Under the pieces are notes generated by a model. It saw only the letters and a program-made list of their open reading frames with translations. It did not search any database and was not told where the DNA came from. Positions 37,784 through 51,470 of a stretch of DNA of 64,000 bases are shown here, piece after piece (positions within the stretch are counted from its first letter, which is position 1; every line of letters begins with the position of its first letter). This stretch comes from Macrostomum lignano (Eukaryota). Made by a program: the position numbers and the translations under genes. The stretch is taken from assembly GCA_002269645.1 (NCBI GenBank), contig NIVC01000692.1, forward strand, positions 371,950 through 435,949. The letters are read 5' to 3'.

Positions 37784-40700
37784 ATGGCCGATCCAAACAA
37801 ACAGTATCAGCAGCCGCCGCCTGTTGGTTTTGCGCCTGGCTATGGCCAGCCTCAGCAGGGCTATGGACAACCCCAGCCGGGCTACGGACAGCCTCAACAG
37901 GGCTATGGACAGCCTCAGCAGGGCTATGGCCAGCCTCAGCAGGGCTATGGGCAACCCCAGCCGGGCTACGGACAGCCTCAGCAGCAAGGCGGCGCCCCCG
38001 CAGCCGCCGCTCCGGGCCAGGTGGTGTGGATGAACCGCCCGGCTCCAATACCCGGCTGTCCGCCCGGACTGGAATACCTGACCCAGGTTGACCAGCTGCT
38101 GGTGCACCAACAAATCGAATTATTGGAGGTGTTCACCAATTGGGAGACTAAGAATAAATATCAAGTTAAAAACAGCATGGGCCAACAGGTAATTATTTGG
38201 TCGAGTTCTTGAATTTTAGTCCGACTGCGATATAACAAATTGATATTTGTAGTGTAATGCTGTGCACCAGACTGCAACGCCTTATCGTTACGGCCTGATT
38301 GTCCCATCTTTGCATTAGCCCCACCCTAGTCGATAGCGTAACGGATTTTACTTTGCAACCCATCAAGATAGTGGGGCAGAAGAGAGGCAATCAAGGCTTC
38401 ATCTTTCTTATTCCCGACCGCCACTTCCCTCTTTCCCCAATGCATACCATGGTTCCAATGCACAGTTGCTGTCTGCATCCCACAGTATTGGTTACATAGC
38501 TGCCTTGCTTTGTAGTTGTACTTTTAACTCGTATTGGTATATCCACTGTGGTGAATTCGCGGGAACTCTGCGCCTTTGCTTTTTGTATCGCATCGATCCG
38601 AGACTGAGACCATTAATTAGAAATGCGTGTTGACACCAGGCTCAGATAGGGTGGACTACAGAGGGAGATAAATGAGGGCGGAGAGGTAGATGAAAGATGA
38701 TCATCGGATTAGATAAATGCTAGCAGGTAAAGTATATAGAGGAGAGCTTGTATAAGAAGAGTATACCGGTGTAAAGGAGACTATATAAAGGAGAGCAGAT
38801 AGACTATATAAAGGAGAGCAGATAGAGTATATAAAGGAGAGCGGATAGAGTACATAAAGGAGAGCGGATAGAGTATATAAAGGAGAGCGGATAGAGTACA
38901 TAAAGGAGAGCGGATAGAGTACATAAAGGAGAGCGGATAGAGTACATAAAGGAGAGCGGATAGAGTACATAAAGGAGAGCGGATAGAGTATATAAAGGAG
39001 AGCGGATAGAGTACATAAAGGAGAGCGGATAGAGTACATAAAGGAGAGCGGATAGAGTATATAAAGGAGAGCGGATAGAGTACATAAAGGAGAGCGGATA
39101 GAGTATATAAAGGAGAGCGGATAGAGTACATAAAGGAGAGCGGATAGAGTATATAAAGGAGAGCGGATAGAGTACATAAAGGAGAGCGGATAGAGTATAT
39201 AAAGGAGAGCGGATAGAGTATATAAAGGAGAGCGGATAGAGTACATAAAGGAGAGCGGATAGAGTATATAAAGGAGAGCGGATAGAGTACATAAAGGAGA
39301 GCGGATAGAGTATATAAAGGAGAGCAGATAGAGTACATAAAGGAGAGCGGATAGAGTATATAAAGGAGAGCGGATAGAGTACATAAAGGAGAGCGGATAG
39401 AGTATATAAAGGAGAGCGGATAGAGTACATAAAGGAGAGCGGATAGAGTACATAAAGGAGAGCGGATAGAGTATATAAAGGAGAGCGGATAGAGTACATA
39501 AAGAAGAGCGGATAGAGTACATAAAGGAGAGCGGATAGAGTATATAAAGGAGAGCGGATAGAGTACATAAAGGAGAGCGGATAGAGTACATAAAGGAGAG
39601 CGGATAGAGTACATAAAGGAGAGCGGATAGAGTACATAAAGGAGAGCGGATAGAGTATATAAAGGAGAGCGGATAGAGTACATAAAGGAGAGCGGATAGA
39701 GTACATAAAGGAGAGCGGATAGAGTATATAAAGGAGAGCGGATAGAGTACATAAAGGAGAGCGGATAGAGTATATAAAGGAGAGCGGATAGAGTACATAA
39801 AGGAGAGCGGATAGAGTATATAAAGGAGAGCGGATAGAGTACATAAAGGAGAGCGGATAGAGTATATAAAGGAGAGCGGATAGAGTATATAAAGGAGAGC
39901 GGATAGAGTACATAAAGGAGAGCGGATAGAGTATATAAAGGAGAGCGGATAGAGTACATAAAGGAGAGCGGATAGAGTACATAAAGGAGAGCGGATAGAG
40001 TATATAAAGGAGAGCGGATAGAGTACATAAAGGAGAGCGGATAGAGTATATAAAGGAGAGCGGATAGAGTACATAAAGGAGAGCGGATAGAGTATATAAA
40101 GGAGAGCGGATAGAGTACATAAAGGAGAGCGGATAGAGTACATAAAGGAGAGCGGATAGAGTACATAAAGGAGAGCGGATAGAGTACATAAAGGAGAGCG
40201 GATAGAGTATATAAAGGAGAGCGGATAGAGTACATAAAGGAGAGCGGATAGAGTACATAAAGGAGAGCGGATAGAGTACATAAAGGAGAGCGGATAGAGT
40301 ACATAAAGGAGAGCGGATAGAGTATATAAAGGAGAGCGGATAGAGTACATAAAGGAGAGCGGATAGAGTACATAAAGGAGAGCGGATAGAGTACATAAAG
40401 GAGTGCTGGTAAATTAGATGAAGAAGAACCGGTAGAGTAGATAACGGAACGGTTCATCCCGCCTCTCTTTGCCAACCTCGCCGCAGGTGTACTTCGCTGC
40501 TGAAGAATCAGACGTTTGCGCCCGGCAATGCTGTGGGCCGCAGCGCGGCTTTGTAATGCACATCACGGACAACCTGGGCTCCGAGGTGATCCGGGTCACT
40601 CGCGAATTCAAATGCCTCGCCTGCCGGGCTGCTACTGCCTGGCTGGGGCCGACGCCTGCGCCCACGAGCTGCAGATCGAGGCCCCGCCCGGCACCGTTGT

Positions 40701-43700
40701 TGGCTACGTGCGCCAGGAGTGCTCCTGTCTGGAGCCGCGCTACGAGATACAGAACGCTGATAGGCAGGTTGTGCTGTTGATTAGGGGACCCGTCTGCATC
40801 TGCCAAGGACCCTGCTGCACCTGGGATCAGGAGTTCAAGGTCTGTTTGTACTCTTGTTGGGCCAGTGGTTTTTTGTTGATTTTAGAGTTTTTGGCGTTTA
40901 TATTTCCTAACTTCCTGACGCGTCCCTTACCCTATCCCTTCCATTCCCTAATCCCTCTCATCTCCATTCATTCCCTCACTCTTTCCCCCATTCATTCCCT
41001 CACTCCTTCCCCCATTTATTCTCTCACTCCTTCCCCCATTCATTCTCTCACTCCTTCCCCATTCATTCTCTCACTCCTTCCCCATTCATTCCCTCACTCC
41101 TTCCTTCCTCCATTCATTCCCTCACTCCTTCCATTCATTCCCTCACTCCTTCCTCCATTCATTCCCTCACTCCTTCCTTCCTCCATTCATTCCCTCACTC
41201 CTTCCATTCATTCCCTCACTCCTTCCCCATTCATTCCCTCACTCCTTCCTTCCTCCATTCATTCCATTCCCTCACTCCTTCCCCCATTCATTCTCTCACT
41301 CCTTGCCCATTGATTCCCTCACTCCTTCCCCATTCATTCCCTCACTCCTTCCCCATTCATTCCCTCACTCCTTCCCCATTCATTCCCTCACTCCTTCCCC
41401 CATTCATTCCCTCACTCCTTCCCCCATTCATTCCCTCACTCCTTCCCCATTCATTGCCTCACTCCTTCCCCATTCATTGCCTCACTCCTTCCCCATTAAT
41501 TCCCTCACTCCTTCCCCCATTCATTGCCTCACTCCTTCCCCCATTCATTGCCTCACTCCTTCCTTCCTCCATTCATTCCCTCACTCCTTCCATTCATTCC
41601 CTCACTCCTTCCCCATTCATTCTCTCACTCCTTCCTTCCTCCATTCATTCCATTCCCTCACTCTTTCCCCCATTCATTCTCTCACTCCTTGCCCATTGAT
41701 TCCCTCACTCCTTCCCCATTCATTCCCTCACTCCTTCCCCATTCATTCCCTCACTCCTTCCCCATTCATTCCCTCACTCCTTCCCCATTCATTCCCTCAC
41801 TCCTTCCCCCATTCATTCCCTCACTCCTTCCCCATTCATTGCCTCACTCCTTCCCCATTCATTGCCTCACTCCTTCCCCATTAATTCCCTCACTCCTTCC
41901 CCATTCATTGCCTCACTCCTTCCCCATTCATTGCCTCACTCCTTCCCCCATTCATTGCCTCACTCCTTCCCCCATTCATTGCCTCACTCCTTCCCCCATT
42001 CATTGCCTCACTCCTTCCCCATTAATTCCCTCACTCCTTCCCCCATTCATTGCCTCACTCCTTCCCCCATTCATTGCCTCACTCCTTCCCCATTCATTGC
42101 CTCACTCCTTCCCCCATTCATTGCCTCACTCCTTCCCCATTCATTCCCTCACTCCTTCCCCATTCATTCCCTCACTCCTTCCCCCATTCATTCTCTCACT
42201 CCTTCCCCCATTCATTCTCTCACTCCTTCCCCATTCATTCCCTCACTCCTTCCTTCCTCCATTCATTCCCTCACTCCTTCCATTCATTCCCTCACTCCTT
42301 CCTCCATTCATTCCCTCACTCCTTCCTTCCTCCATTCATTCCCTCACTCCTTCCATTCATTCCCTCACTCCTTCCCCATTCATTCCCTCACTCCTTCCTT
42401 CCTCCATTCATTCCATTCCCTCACTCCTTCCCCCATTCATTCTCTCACTCCTTGCCCATTGATTCCCTCACTCCTTCCCCATTCATTCCCTCACTCCTTC
42501 CCCATTCATTCCCTCACTCCTTTCCCATTCATTCCCTCACTCCTTCCCCATTTATTCTCTCACTCCTTCCCCCATTCATTCTCTCACTCCTTCCCCCATT
42601 CATTCTCTCACTCCTTCCCCATTCATTCCCTCACTCCTTCCTTCCTCCATTCATTCCCTCACTCCTTCCATTCATTCCCTCACTCCTTCCTCCATTCATT
42701 CCCTCACTCCTTCCTTCCTCCATTCATTCCCTCACTCCTTCCATTCATTCCCTCACTCCTTCCCCATTCATTCCCTCACTCCTTCCTTCCTCCATTCATT
42801 CCATTCCCTCACTCCTTCCCCCATTCATTCTCTCACTCCTTGCCCATTGATTCCCTCACTCCTTCCCCATTCATTCCCTCACTCCTTCCCCATTCATTCC
42901 CTCACTCCTTTCCCATTCATTCCCTCACTCCTTCCCCCATTTATTCTCTCACTCCTTCCCCCATTCATTCTCTCACTCCTTCCCCCATTCATTCTCTCAC
43001 TCCTTCCCCATTCATTCCCTCACTCCTTCCTTCCTCCATTCATTCCCTCACTCCTTCCATTCATTCCCTCACTCCTTCCTCCATTCATTCCCTCACTCCT
43101 TCCTTCCTCCATTCATTCCCTCACTCCTTCCATTCATTCCCTCACTCCTTCCCCATTCATTCCCTCACTCCTTCCTTCCTCCATTCATTCCATTCCCTCA
43201 CTCTTTCCCCCATTCATTCTCTCACTCCTTGCCCATTGATTCCCTCACTCCTTCCCCATTCATTCCCTCACTCCTTCCCCATTCATTCCCTCACTCCTTC
43301 CCCATTCATTCCCTCACTCCTTCCCCCATTCATTCCCTCACTCCTTCCCCCATTCATTCCCTCACTCCTTCCCCATTCATTGCCTCACTCCTTCCCCATT
43401 CATTGCCTCACTCCTTCCCCATTAATTCCCTCACTCCTTCCCCCATTCATTGCCTCACTCCTTCCCCCATTCATTGCCTCACTCCTTCCCCCATTCATTG
43501 CCTCACTCCTTCCCCCATTCATTGCCTCACTCCTTCCCCATTCATTCCCTCACTCCTTCCCCATTCATTGCCTCACTCCTTCCCCCATTCATTCCCTCAC
43601 TCCTTCCCCATTCATTGCCTCACTCCTTCCCCATTCATTGCCTCACTCCTTCCCCATTCATTGCCTCACTCCTTCCCCATTCATTGCCTCACTCCTTCCC

Positions 43701-46700
43701 CATTCATTGCCTCACTCCTTCCCCATTCATTGCCTCACTCCTTCCCCATTAATTCCCTCACTCCTTCCCCATTCATTCCCTCACTCCTTCCCCATTCATT
43801 GCCTCACTCCTTCCCCCATTCATTCCCTCACTCCTTCCCCATTCATTGCCTCACTCCTTCCCCATTCATTGCCTCACTCCTTCCCCATTCATTGCCTCAC
43901 TCCTTCCCCATTCATTGCCTCACTCCTTCCCCATTCATTGCCTCACTCCTTCCCCATTCATTCCCTCACTCCTTCCCCATTCATTCCCTCACTCCTTCCC
44001 CATTAATTCCCTCACTCCTTCCCCATTCATTCCCTCACTCCTTCCCCATTCATTCCCTCACTCCTTCCCCATTAATTCCCTCAATCCTTCCCCCATTCAT
44101 TGCCTCACTCCTTCCCCTCTATTATTTCCTTTCCTTCTCACTCTGTCTCGTTCGTTTCGATCGTTGACTGTTTGAGTCTAATACAAGTCAATTAGGAGCT
44201 CGCGGTGTTTCCGCTAGGTTTAGCAGACTAAAATGCTTAAGGTTGCTGCTGCTAACCGCTCTTCCTCCAGGTGTACTCGGCGGACATGGCCCACGAGGTT
44301 GGCAAAATTAGCAAGCAATGGTCTGGCTTCATTCGTGAATACTTTACGGACGCTGACAACTTCGGCGTATCGTGTGAGTAACGCTTGCAGGCTGTGTAGA
44401 GTTAGTTTTATACTAGTTGTACTTTACCCCTTCTTTGAAGTGTTTTGCCATTGATTTTGCTTCTTTCAGTCCCAATGGATCTGGACGTGAGAATGAAGGC
44501 CACCATGATTGGCGCCGTGTTTTTAATTGTGAGTGCTTTTTATTTGCAAGTCAGATTGTTCACTTCTTAATCTTAGAGCACCATAAGTACTATTCTATTC
44601 CATTAGGAGCAAACCAGGTATTCCATTAGGAGCAGCCCTGGTATTCCATTAGGAGCAAACCAGGTATTTCATTAGGAGCAGCCCTGGTATTCCATTAGGA
44701 GCAAACCAGGTATTTCATTAGGAGCAGCCCTGGTATTCCATTAGGAGCAGACCAGGTATTCCATTAGGAGCAGCCCTGGTATTCCATTAGGAGCAGCTCA
44801 GGTATTCCATTAGGAGCAGCCCTGGTATTCCATTAGGAGCAGCTCAGGTATTCCATTAGGAGCAGCTCAGTTATTCCATTAGGAGCAGCTCAGGTATTCC
44901 ATTAGGAGCAGTCCAAGTATTCCATTAGGAGCAGCCCAGGTATTCCATTAGGAGCAGTCCAAGTATTCCATTAGGAGCAGCTCAGGTATTCCATTAGGAG
45001 CAGCCCTGGTATTCCATTAGGAGCAGTCCAAGTATTCCATTAGGAGCAGACCAGGTATTCCATTAGGAGCAGCCCTGGTATTCCATTAGGAGCAGTCCAA
45101 GTATTCCATTAGGAGCAGCTCAGGTATTCCATTTGGAGCAGACCAGGTATTCCATTAGGAGCAGTCCAAGTATTCCATTAGGAGCAGACCAGGTATTCCA
45201 TTAGGAGCAGCCCTGGTATTCCATTAGGAGCAGTCCAAGTATTCCATTAGGAGCAGCTCAGGTATTCCATTAGGAGCAGACCAGGTATTCCATTAGGAGC
45301 AGTCCAAGTATTCCATTAGGAGCAGACCAGGTATTCCATTAGGAGCAGCCCTGGTATTCCATTAGGAGCAGTCCAAGTATTCCATTAGGAGCAGTCCAGG
45401 TATTCCATTAGGAGCAGACCAGGTATTTAATCAAGAGCAGATCAGGTATTTAATTAGTGTAGTGCAGTCCAGGTATTCACATTATTAGCACCCTATATAT
45501 ACAGTATTTACATTAGGTGCAGTCCAGTTATACTATTATTAGCAGCCCATGTGTTACATTAGGAGCACCCCAGGTAATTTACTACTTGTAGGAACACCTT
45601 AGGTGTTTCACTAGGCTCACCTCAGGTATTTCACTAGGATTACGGCAGCTTAGGCTTCCAAATTTAGCTTGTAGAAATACCTGTAAACGAAACTGATGAA
45701 ATGTTTCTTGAGCTTCAAACCTGTCGTCGAGAGCAGTGCCCTGTCTATCATCAGGCTATCAGATACTCGCTAATGGATTTTGCCCATGGAGTTGCACTTG
45801 CACTGTTTGCTAGCATTAAATATTTAACAGGCTGCATTGATCAGCGTGTTTTCTAAGCCTTCGTAGACATTATCCAAAATAGCGTCCACTGCTCACATTA
45901 GCTGCTATTGCTTATAGAGCTACAGATAATAGCATAAATATTTAATCAGATTAGCCATTGCTATTGGCCACTACTTTTACTTCTACAGTGTTTCAATACT
46001 GGAACTAGCATAGTTTATTGTTAGTTAATCTAGTCCAGAATTAGCATGCCATTTCCTCTAGGCAAATTAGCCTAACTACCATGCAGCCTATTCACTCTGC
46101 AGTCTAGCTACCCAAAAGCTTAGCTGCCTTACAGCATGGGTATCCCAGCTACTCTAAATCTTAGCTGCCCTAGCTACTCTAAAGTTTAGCTGCCCTAGCT
46201 ACTCTACAGTTTAGCTGCCCTAGCTACTCTACAGTTTAGCTGCCCTAGCTACTCTATAGTTTAGCTGCCCTAGCTACTCTACAGTTTAGCTGCCCTAGCT
46301 ACTCTACAGTTTAGCTGCCCTAGCTACTCTACAGTTTAGCTGCCCTAGCTACTCTACAGTTTAGCTGCCCTAGCTACTCTACAGTTTAGCTGCCCTAGCT
46401 ACTCTACAGTTTAGCTGCCCTAGCTACTCTAAAGTTTAGCTGCCCTAGCTACTCTAAAGTTTAGCTGCCCTAGCTACTCTACAGTTTAGCTGCCCTAGCT
46501 ACTCTACAGTTTAGCTGCCCTAGCTACTCTACAGTTTAGCTGCCCTAGCTACTCTACAGTTTAGCTGCCCTAGCTACTCTACAGTTTAGCTGCCCTAGCT
46601 ACTCTACAGTTTAGCTGCCCTAGCTACTCTACAGTTTAGCTGCCCTAGCTACTCTACAGTTTAGCTGCCCTAGCTACTCTACAGTTTAGCTGCCCTAGCT

Positions 46701-48417
46701 ACTCTACAGTTTAGCTGCCCTAGCTACTCTACAGTTTAGCTGCCCTAGCTACTCTACAGTTTAGCTGCCCTAGCTACTCTACAGTTTAGCTACCCTAGCT
46801 ACTCTAAATCTTAGCTGCCCTAGCTACTCTAAATCTTAGCTGCCCTAGCTACTCTAAATCTTAGCTGCCCTAGCTACTCTAAATCTTAGCTGCCCTAGCT
46901 ACTCTAAATCTTAGCTGCCCTAGCTACTCTGCAGTTTAGCTGCCCTAGCTACTCTACAGTTTAGCTGCCCTAGCTACTCTAAATCTTAGCTGCCCTAGCT
47001 ACTCTAAATCTTAGCTGCCCTAGCTACTCTAAATCTTAGCTGCCCTAGCTACTCTAAATCTTAGCTGCCCTAGCTACTCTACAGTTTAGCTACCCTAGCT
47101 ACTCTACAGTTTAGCTGCCCTAGCTACTCTACAGTTTAGCTACCCTAGCTACTCTAAATCTTAGCTGCCCTAGCTACTCTAAATCTTAGCTGCCCTAGCT
47201 ACTCTAAATCTTAGCTGCCCTAGCTACTCTGCAGTTTAGCTGCCCTAGCTACTCTACAGTTTAGCTGCCCTAGCTACTCTAAATCTTAGCTGCCCTAGCT
47301 ACTCTAAATCTTAGCTGCCCTAGCTACTCTAAATCTTAGCTGCCCTAGCTACTCTAAATCTTAGCTACCCTAGCTACTCTACAGTTTAGCTGCCCTAGCT
47401 ACTCTATAGTTTAGCTGCCCTAGCTACTCTACAGTTTAGCTGCCCTAGCTACTCTATAGTTTAGCTACCCTAGCTACTCTACAGTTTAGCTGCCCTAGCT
47501 ACTCTACAGTTTAGCTACCCTAGCTACTCTGCAGTTTAGCTGCCCTAGCTACTCTACAGTTTAGCTGCCCTAGCTACTCTAAATCTTAGCTGCCCTAGCT
47601 ACTCTAAATCTTAGCTGCCCTAGCTACTCTACAGTTTAGCTGCCCTAGCTACTCTAAATCTTAGCTACCCTAGCTACTCCACAGTTTAGCTGCCCTAGCT
47701 ACTCTAAATCTTAGCTGCCCTAGCTACTCTACAGCTTAGCTGCCTAAATACTACAGCTTAGCTGCCCTAGCTACTCTACAGCTTAGCTGCCCAAATACTA
47801 CAGCTTAGCTGCCCTAGCTACTCTGCAGCTTAGCTGCCTAAATACGCTGCTTAACTGCCCTAGCTACTCTACAGCTGATCTACCTAGCTACTCTACAGCT
47901 TAGCTAACCTGGCTAATATGCAGCTTCGCTGCCTAACTACAAGTTTGTAGCACACACAATACAGCCCAAAAATCACCCAACAGACTAAAAACGTAGTGGT
48001 CTTTAACAGCAATCAATCAATAGATTGCATGGCTTAGAGAAGAAAGGTTTGCAAGCGTTGGCAGGCGAGAGGGTAGAGAAAATGCCACCCTGGCCTGGTT
48101 GCCAAATCCCTCCCGCTGTGCGGCTTCCGGGTTGGAGGGGATCTTGTCTGCCTGCCCGAGCCCCATTCCCACTAGCGTCTGAACTCGGGTGTAGAAAGCG
48201 GAACACTAGCCAGCTGTTGGTGTACGCGTAGTTTTTTTCTTGTTTAACTAAAAAGTACAATGGCAAAATCGAAAAATTTTAACTGCGTTGCAACTTTGTG
48301 AATAAAACTCGATATCCACTACTTAGTTTGTAAAAAATATATTCGCGTCCTCTTATTTTTTACAATTTGCAGGACTTTATGTTCTTCGAGAACAACCAGC
48401 AGAATCAGAATAACTAA
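37784..48417 (+). CDS. PLSCR: Phospholipid scramblase, 5 exons (37784-38188, 40487-40839, 44271-44373, 44470-44528, 48373-48417), ~321 aa; frameshift near 40617-40628
   Basis: Motifs [92 protein letters not shown]. All introns are GT-AG with matching phases. Exon 2 is 353 nt between phase-0 junctions, so it contains an indel. Confidence 0.92.
37840..37985 (+). repeat. Coding 21-bp tandem repeat ([14 protein letters not shown] heptads, ~6-7 copies) in PLSCR exon 1
   Basis: ggctatggccagcctcagcag units with synonymous variation between copies. Confidence 0.9.
38779..40403. repeat. Intronic minisatellite, 23-bp unit (agagtacataaaggagagcggat), ~70 copies (PLSCR intron 1)
   Basis: Very homogeneous units with a single C/T dimorphism (tacat/tatat). 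Confidence 0.98.
40940..44120. repeat. Intronic minisatellite, 23-24-bp unit (cattcattccctcactccttccc), ~3.2 kb (PLSCR intron 2)
   Basis: Pyrimidine-rich tandem units with larger repeated blocks. Confidence 0.98.
44590..45430. repeat. Intronic minisatellite, 23-bp unit (ggtattccattaggagcagccct), ~36 copies (PLSCR intron 4)
   Basis: Constant core plus a variable 4-5-bp segment (ccct/ctca/tcca/acca). Confidence 0.97.
46150..47900. repeat. Intronic minisatellite, 25-bp unit (tagctactctacagtttagctgccc), ~70 copies (PLSCR intron 4)
   Basis: Tandem units with acagt/aaatc variants in runs. Confidence 0.98.
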
Positions 48418-48606
48418 TCCCGCTTCGGACTATACGCGAATGAATGTTTATAATTTTTCTTTTCAAGCTGTGCTTTTTGTCTGCGGTTAATGTTTAGCTT
48501 TTGTTGCTATTTCCTATTTTTTCGTGTGTTCCAATAATATGGTTTGAGTTAAACAGTGGGGTTTTATGACGAATAAACATAATTTCCCTGTTAGATTGAT
48601 CTTTTA

Positions 48607-49045
48607 AGGCCCCCAACGTACTCCAGTAGTGAGGGTTGTAACTAGTAATTTGAATCCTGTTTGGAATTAAAAGGCTCCCGACGTACTCCAGTAGTAAGAG
48701 TTGTGACTATTAAATTTTGAATGCTGTTTGGAAATCTAAGGCTCCTAAAAGGCTCCGAACGTACTCCAGTAGCGAGAGTTGTAACTTGTAAATTTTGAAT
48801 GCTGTTTGGAAATCTAAGGCTCCCAACGTACTCCAGTAGCGAGAGTTGTAACTAGTACATTTTGAATGCTGTTTAAAAATCTAAGGCTCCCAAAGTATTC
48901 AAGTAGTGAAATTTGACACTCGAAAAATTTTAGTGCTGACGATGGAGACCTCAATGTTCCCAACGTTCTCCGTAGTGAGAGTCAGGGACGTACATTTTAA
49001 ATGTTTTTAGGGGTTTTAAAGCTCAGCGTACTCCAGTAGGAGTAT
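48607..49045. repeat. Degenerate ~67-bp tandem repeat (aaggctcccaacgtactccagtagcgagagttgtaact...), ~6 copies
   Basis: Recurring cgtactccagtag core downstream of the PLSCR stop. Confidence 0.85.
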
Positions 49046-50337
49046 CAGAGCCAGTAAAATTTTACTGTACGTGGGTATTTAAAGGCTCAGAGCGTAAATA
49101 AAAAGTAAAGAAGATTTGAGATTAGTTGTTTTATAACCTTTGTGAAAGCTATACGAAAGTTTAATTCTACAGTACAAATATAGATACCTGTTCGATTCGG
49201 ATAGCAAAACCGGCCTCATCAAGTGGCTATCTCCATGTTTTTCTATCACAAATAAGATCACCGATTTATTAACTAATTCACTCAGCCGGCTTCCCACCCT
49301 GCTCATTTGTTCCTTCCTTCTTCCCGCTATTCATATATTCTCTTATACTTGGCGGTATTGTGAAATATTTATCTATTGTTTTCATAGTGCAGTATTTTAT
49401 TAGTTTGGCAAAATTGATTTTTTTAAAGATGCATCAATCAGAATCGATAAGGCATGCTAATTGTAATGCAATAATTGTGTGAACTTTTACCAGAAAAAAT
49501 TAATAATCATAAATTGCTACTCGCATCAAAAGTAGTCCCGTTTTTTGGATTTTTGTTTTAAGTTTACATTTTCTCCTTTTTGTGTTGGACAGCGGCATAA
49601 TAATGGATATTAGCTATATATAACGGTTACTGTTATATCAATATTATTACCAAATTAAATATTCGAAATCCAAACCCTGTCAATATATGCTCTCTAATTT
49701 AAACAGTTTTTTTATTTTGCTAATTACTATCGAGCTTGTATTGCTCGTAAAAGAAGTGAAGGAGCCATGCATGCAATAAATCAAGATGCGCTAATTATGT
49801 CTAGTCCATGCTTTGTTTTAATTTTCCCCTAGCCTTATGTATTTCAGATTTTTACTCAATTAATATAGTTTTATGGTTTCATTTGTGTAAATCTTGTGGA
49901 ACCACATCTCCATAGCAATGACATCATGACGGCTATAACCTTTGATGTCTTATTTTAAACTCCTAGGGAGATATCCAATGACACCTATCGTTGCTATGCA
50001 GATTGATTAATGTGTTTTTTGTCGTTCGTGAAGCCAAGGAAGCTCCTGCGTTGCTATGCGGCCACGTTTATTTATTTTTATATTACATTATATACGTTAT
50101 ACGGATGGCCGCATTTTATAAGCGGCTAGGCCTATTCTTTTAGATAGCTAAATCACCAGTCGATGCGATTAATAAAACTGTATCAAATATTGACAGTTTT
50201 TTTTAAAAAATCTTTAAAAATTTATAATTAATAAAAATTGCTCAGGATCTTTTATTCCATATCGACAATTAGATGAGTTAGTTGGTGTATTTTTATCTGC
50301 GCTTTATTCTTGCCAAGCCAAGCGGGCCGCTTTCATT

Positions 50338-50405
50338 GCGAGTGGGATTCGAACCCGCGACTGTCTGGGTACAATGCTTGGCATCTAGATAACCTACACT
50401 GATCT
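50338..50405 (-). mobile_element. tRNA-derived sequence (SINE head or tRNA pseudogene)
   Basis: Minus strand contains the B-box GCGGGTTCGAATCCCAC. The A-box and cloverleaf are degenerate, so it is not called a tRNA. Confidence 0.45.
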
Positions 50406-51034
50406 CTAGTTTACCCTGTATATCAGCTCGACTAGATGCCTAACAGGGAGCCTAGTGTGTATGAAGTCGCAGGTACATATGTATTGCGATCTTATTGTAA
50501 ATTGATAAGAATTTTTCAGAGCAATATAAGTATAAAAAAGTATATTATAGATCGCGTACTGCCAATTTTTAATGAGCGGATACTGAACCTCAGACTGTAA
50601 ATTATTACACGAGCGTAATGTAGATGTAAATAATTACTGCTTTATTTATACTTGTGTTCCGTGCACAAATTTTCTTAAGTGGATTCCAGCGCGTACAGCG
50701 CACACTGCACCTACTGTACAGTACTTGTAATACTGCGGGAATAAAATTAAATAGCAAATGATTTGTGAAAAGCGAGCGAGGCATATAATTTTTGCTCGTA
50801 AAATTGTTGTACACGAAAACCGATACCAGAGGGTCTGTTATTTTCTGTATAGGATTCTATAGAGGTCGAACGAATTATTGACTCCTGTACTGCTAGCTTT
50901 ATGCACTCGAGTAATAAATCAAGGCTCGTTCGGACTCTAAGGGGATTCAATCTGAATATTTCCGTGTCCAAATGGCTAGAAGTTTTTGCTTTGCTTAACG
51001 CCTGTCGCGACCGTCTTAGTCTTCTTCAGTTTAT

Positions 51035-51470
51035 CTGCCTCGTCTCTGTCTGGTTCAGTCTTGTTATTCTTATCTCTCTCCCTCACTGCCTTCTGATTGG
51101 TTCTTCGATCTCGCCTCTTCTCCCAGTCCCGTACTCCACCTGCCCTCGTCTCTGTTTACGGTTTTTTCTCTGTCTGGTTCAGTCTTGTTATTCTTATCTC
51201 TCTCCCTCACTGCCTTCTGATTGGTTCTTCGATCTCGCCTCTTCTCCCAGTCGCGTACTCCACCTGCCCTCGTCTCTACTGTTTTTTCTCCCTCTGTCTG
51301 GTTCAGTCTTGTTATTCTTATCTCTCTCCCTCACTGCCTTCTGATTGGTTCTTCGATCTCGCCTCTTCCCCCAGTCGCGTACTCCACCCGCCCTCGTCTC
51401 TGTTTACTGTTTTTTCTCCCTCTGTCTGGTTCAGTCTTGTTATTCTTATCTCTCTCCCTCTGCCTTCTGA
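51035..51470. repeat. ~124-bp tandem repeat, 3.5 copies
   Basis: tctgtctggttcagtcttgttattc recurs at ~51046, 51170, 51294 and 51421. Confidence 0.92.

Noticed and set aside
38701-44175. Long ORFs of 530-714 aa (38701-40475 minus; 41303-44175 plus)
   Set aside because: They are periodic translations of intronic 23-24-bp arrays that happen to lack stops, and lie inside PLSCR introns.
45685-45730. Hammerhead-ribozyme-like CTGATGA near GAAAC
   Set aside because: The order and stems do not fit (no stem II followed by GAAA). A similar GAAACAGGTC near 59170 lacks a CTGANGA.
50338-50405. Possible tRNA gene
   Set aside because: Only the B-box/T-arm is recognisable; no acceptor stem or D-arm could be paired.
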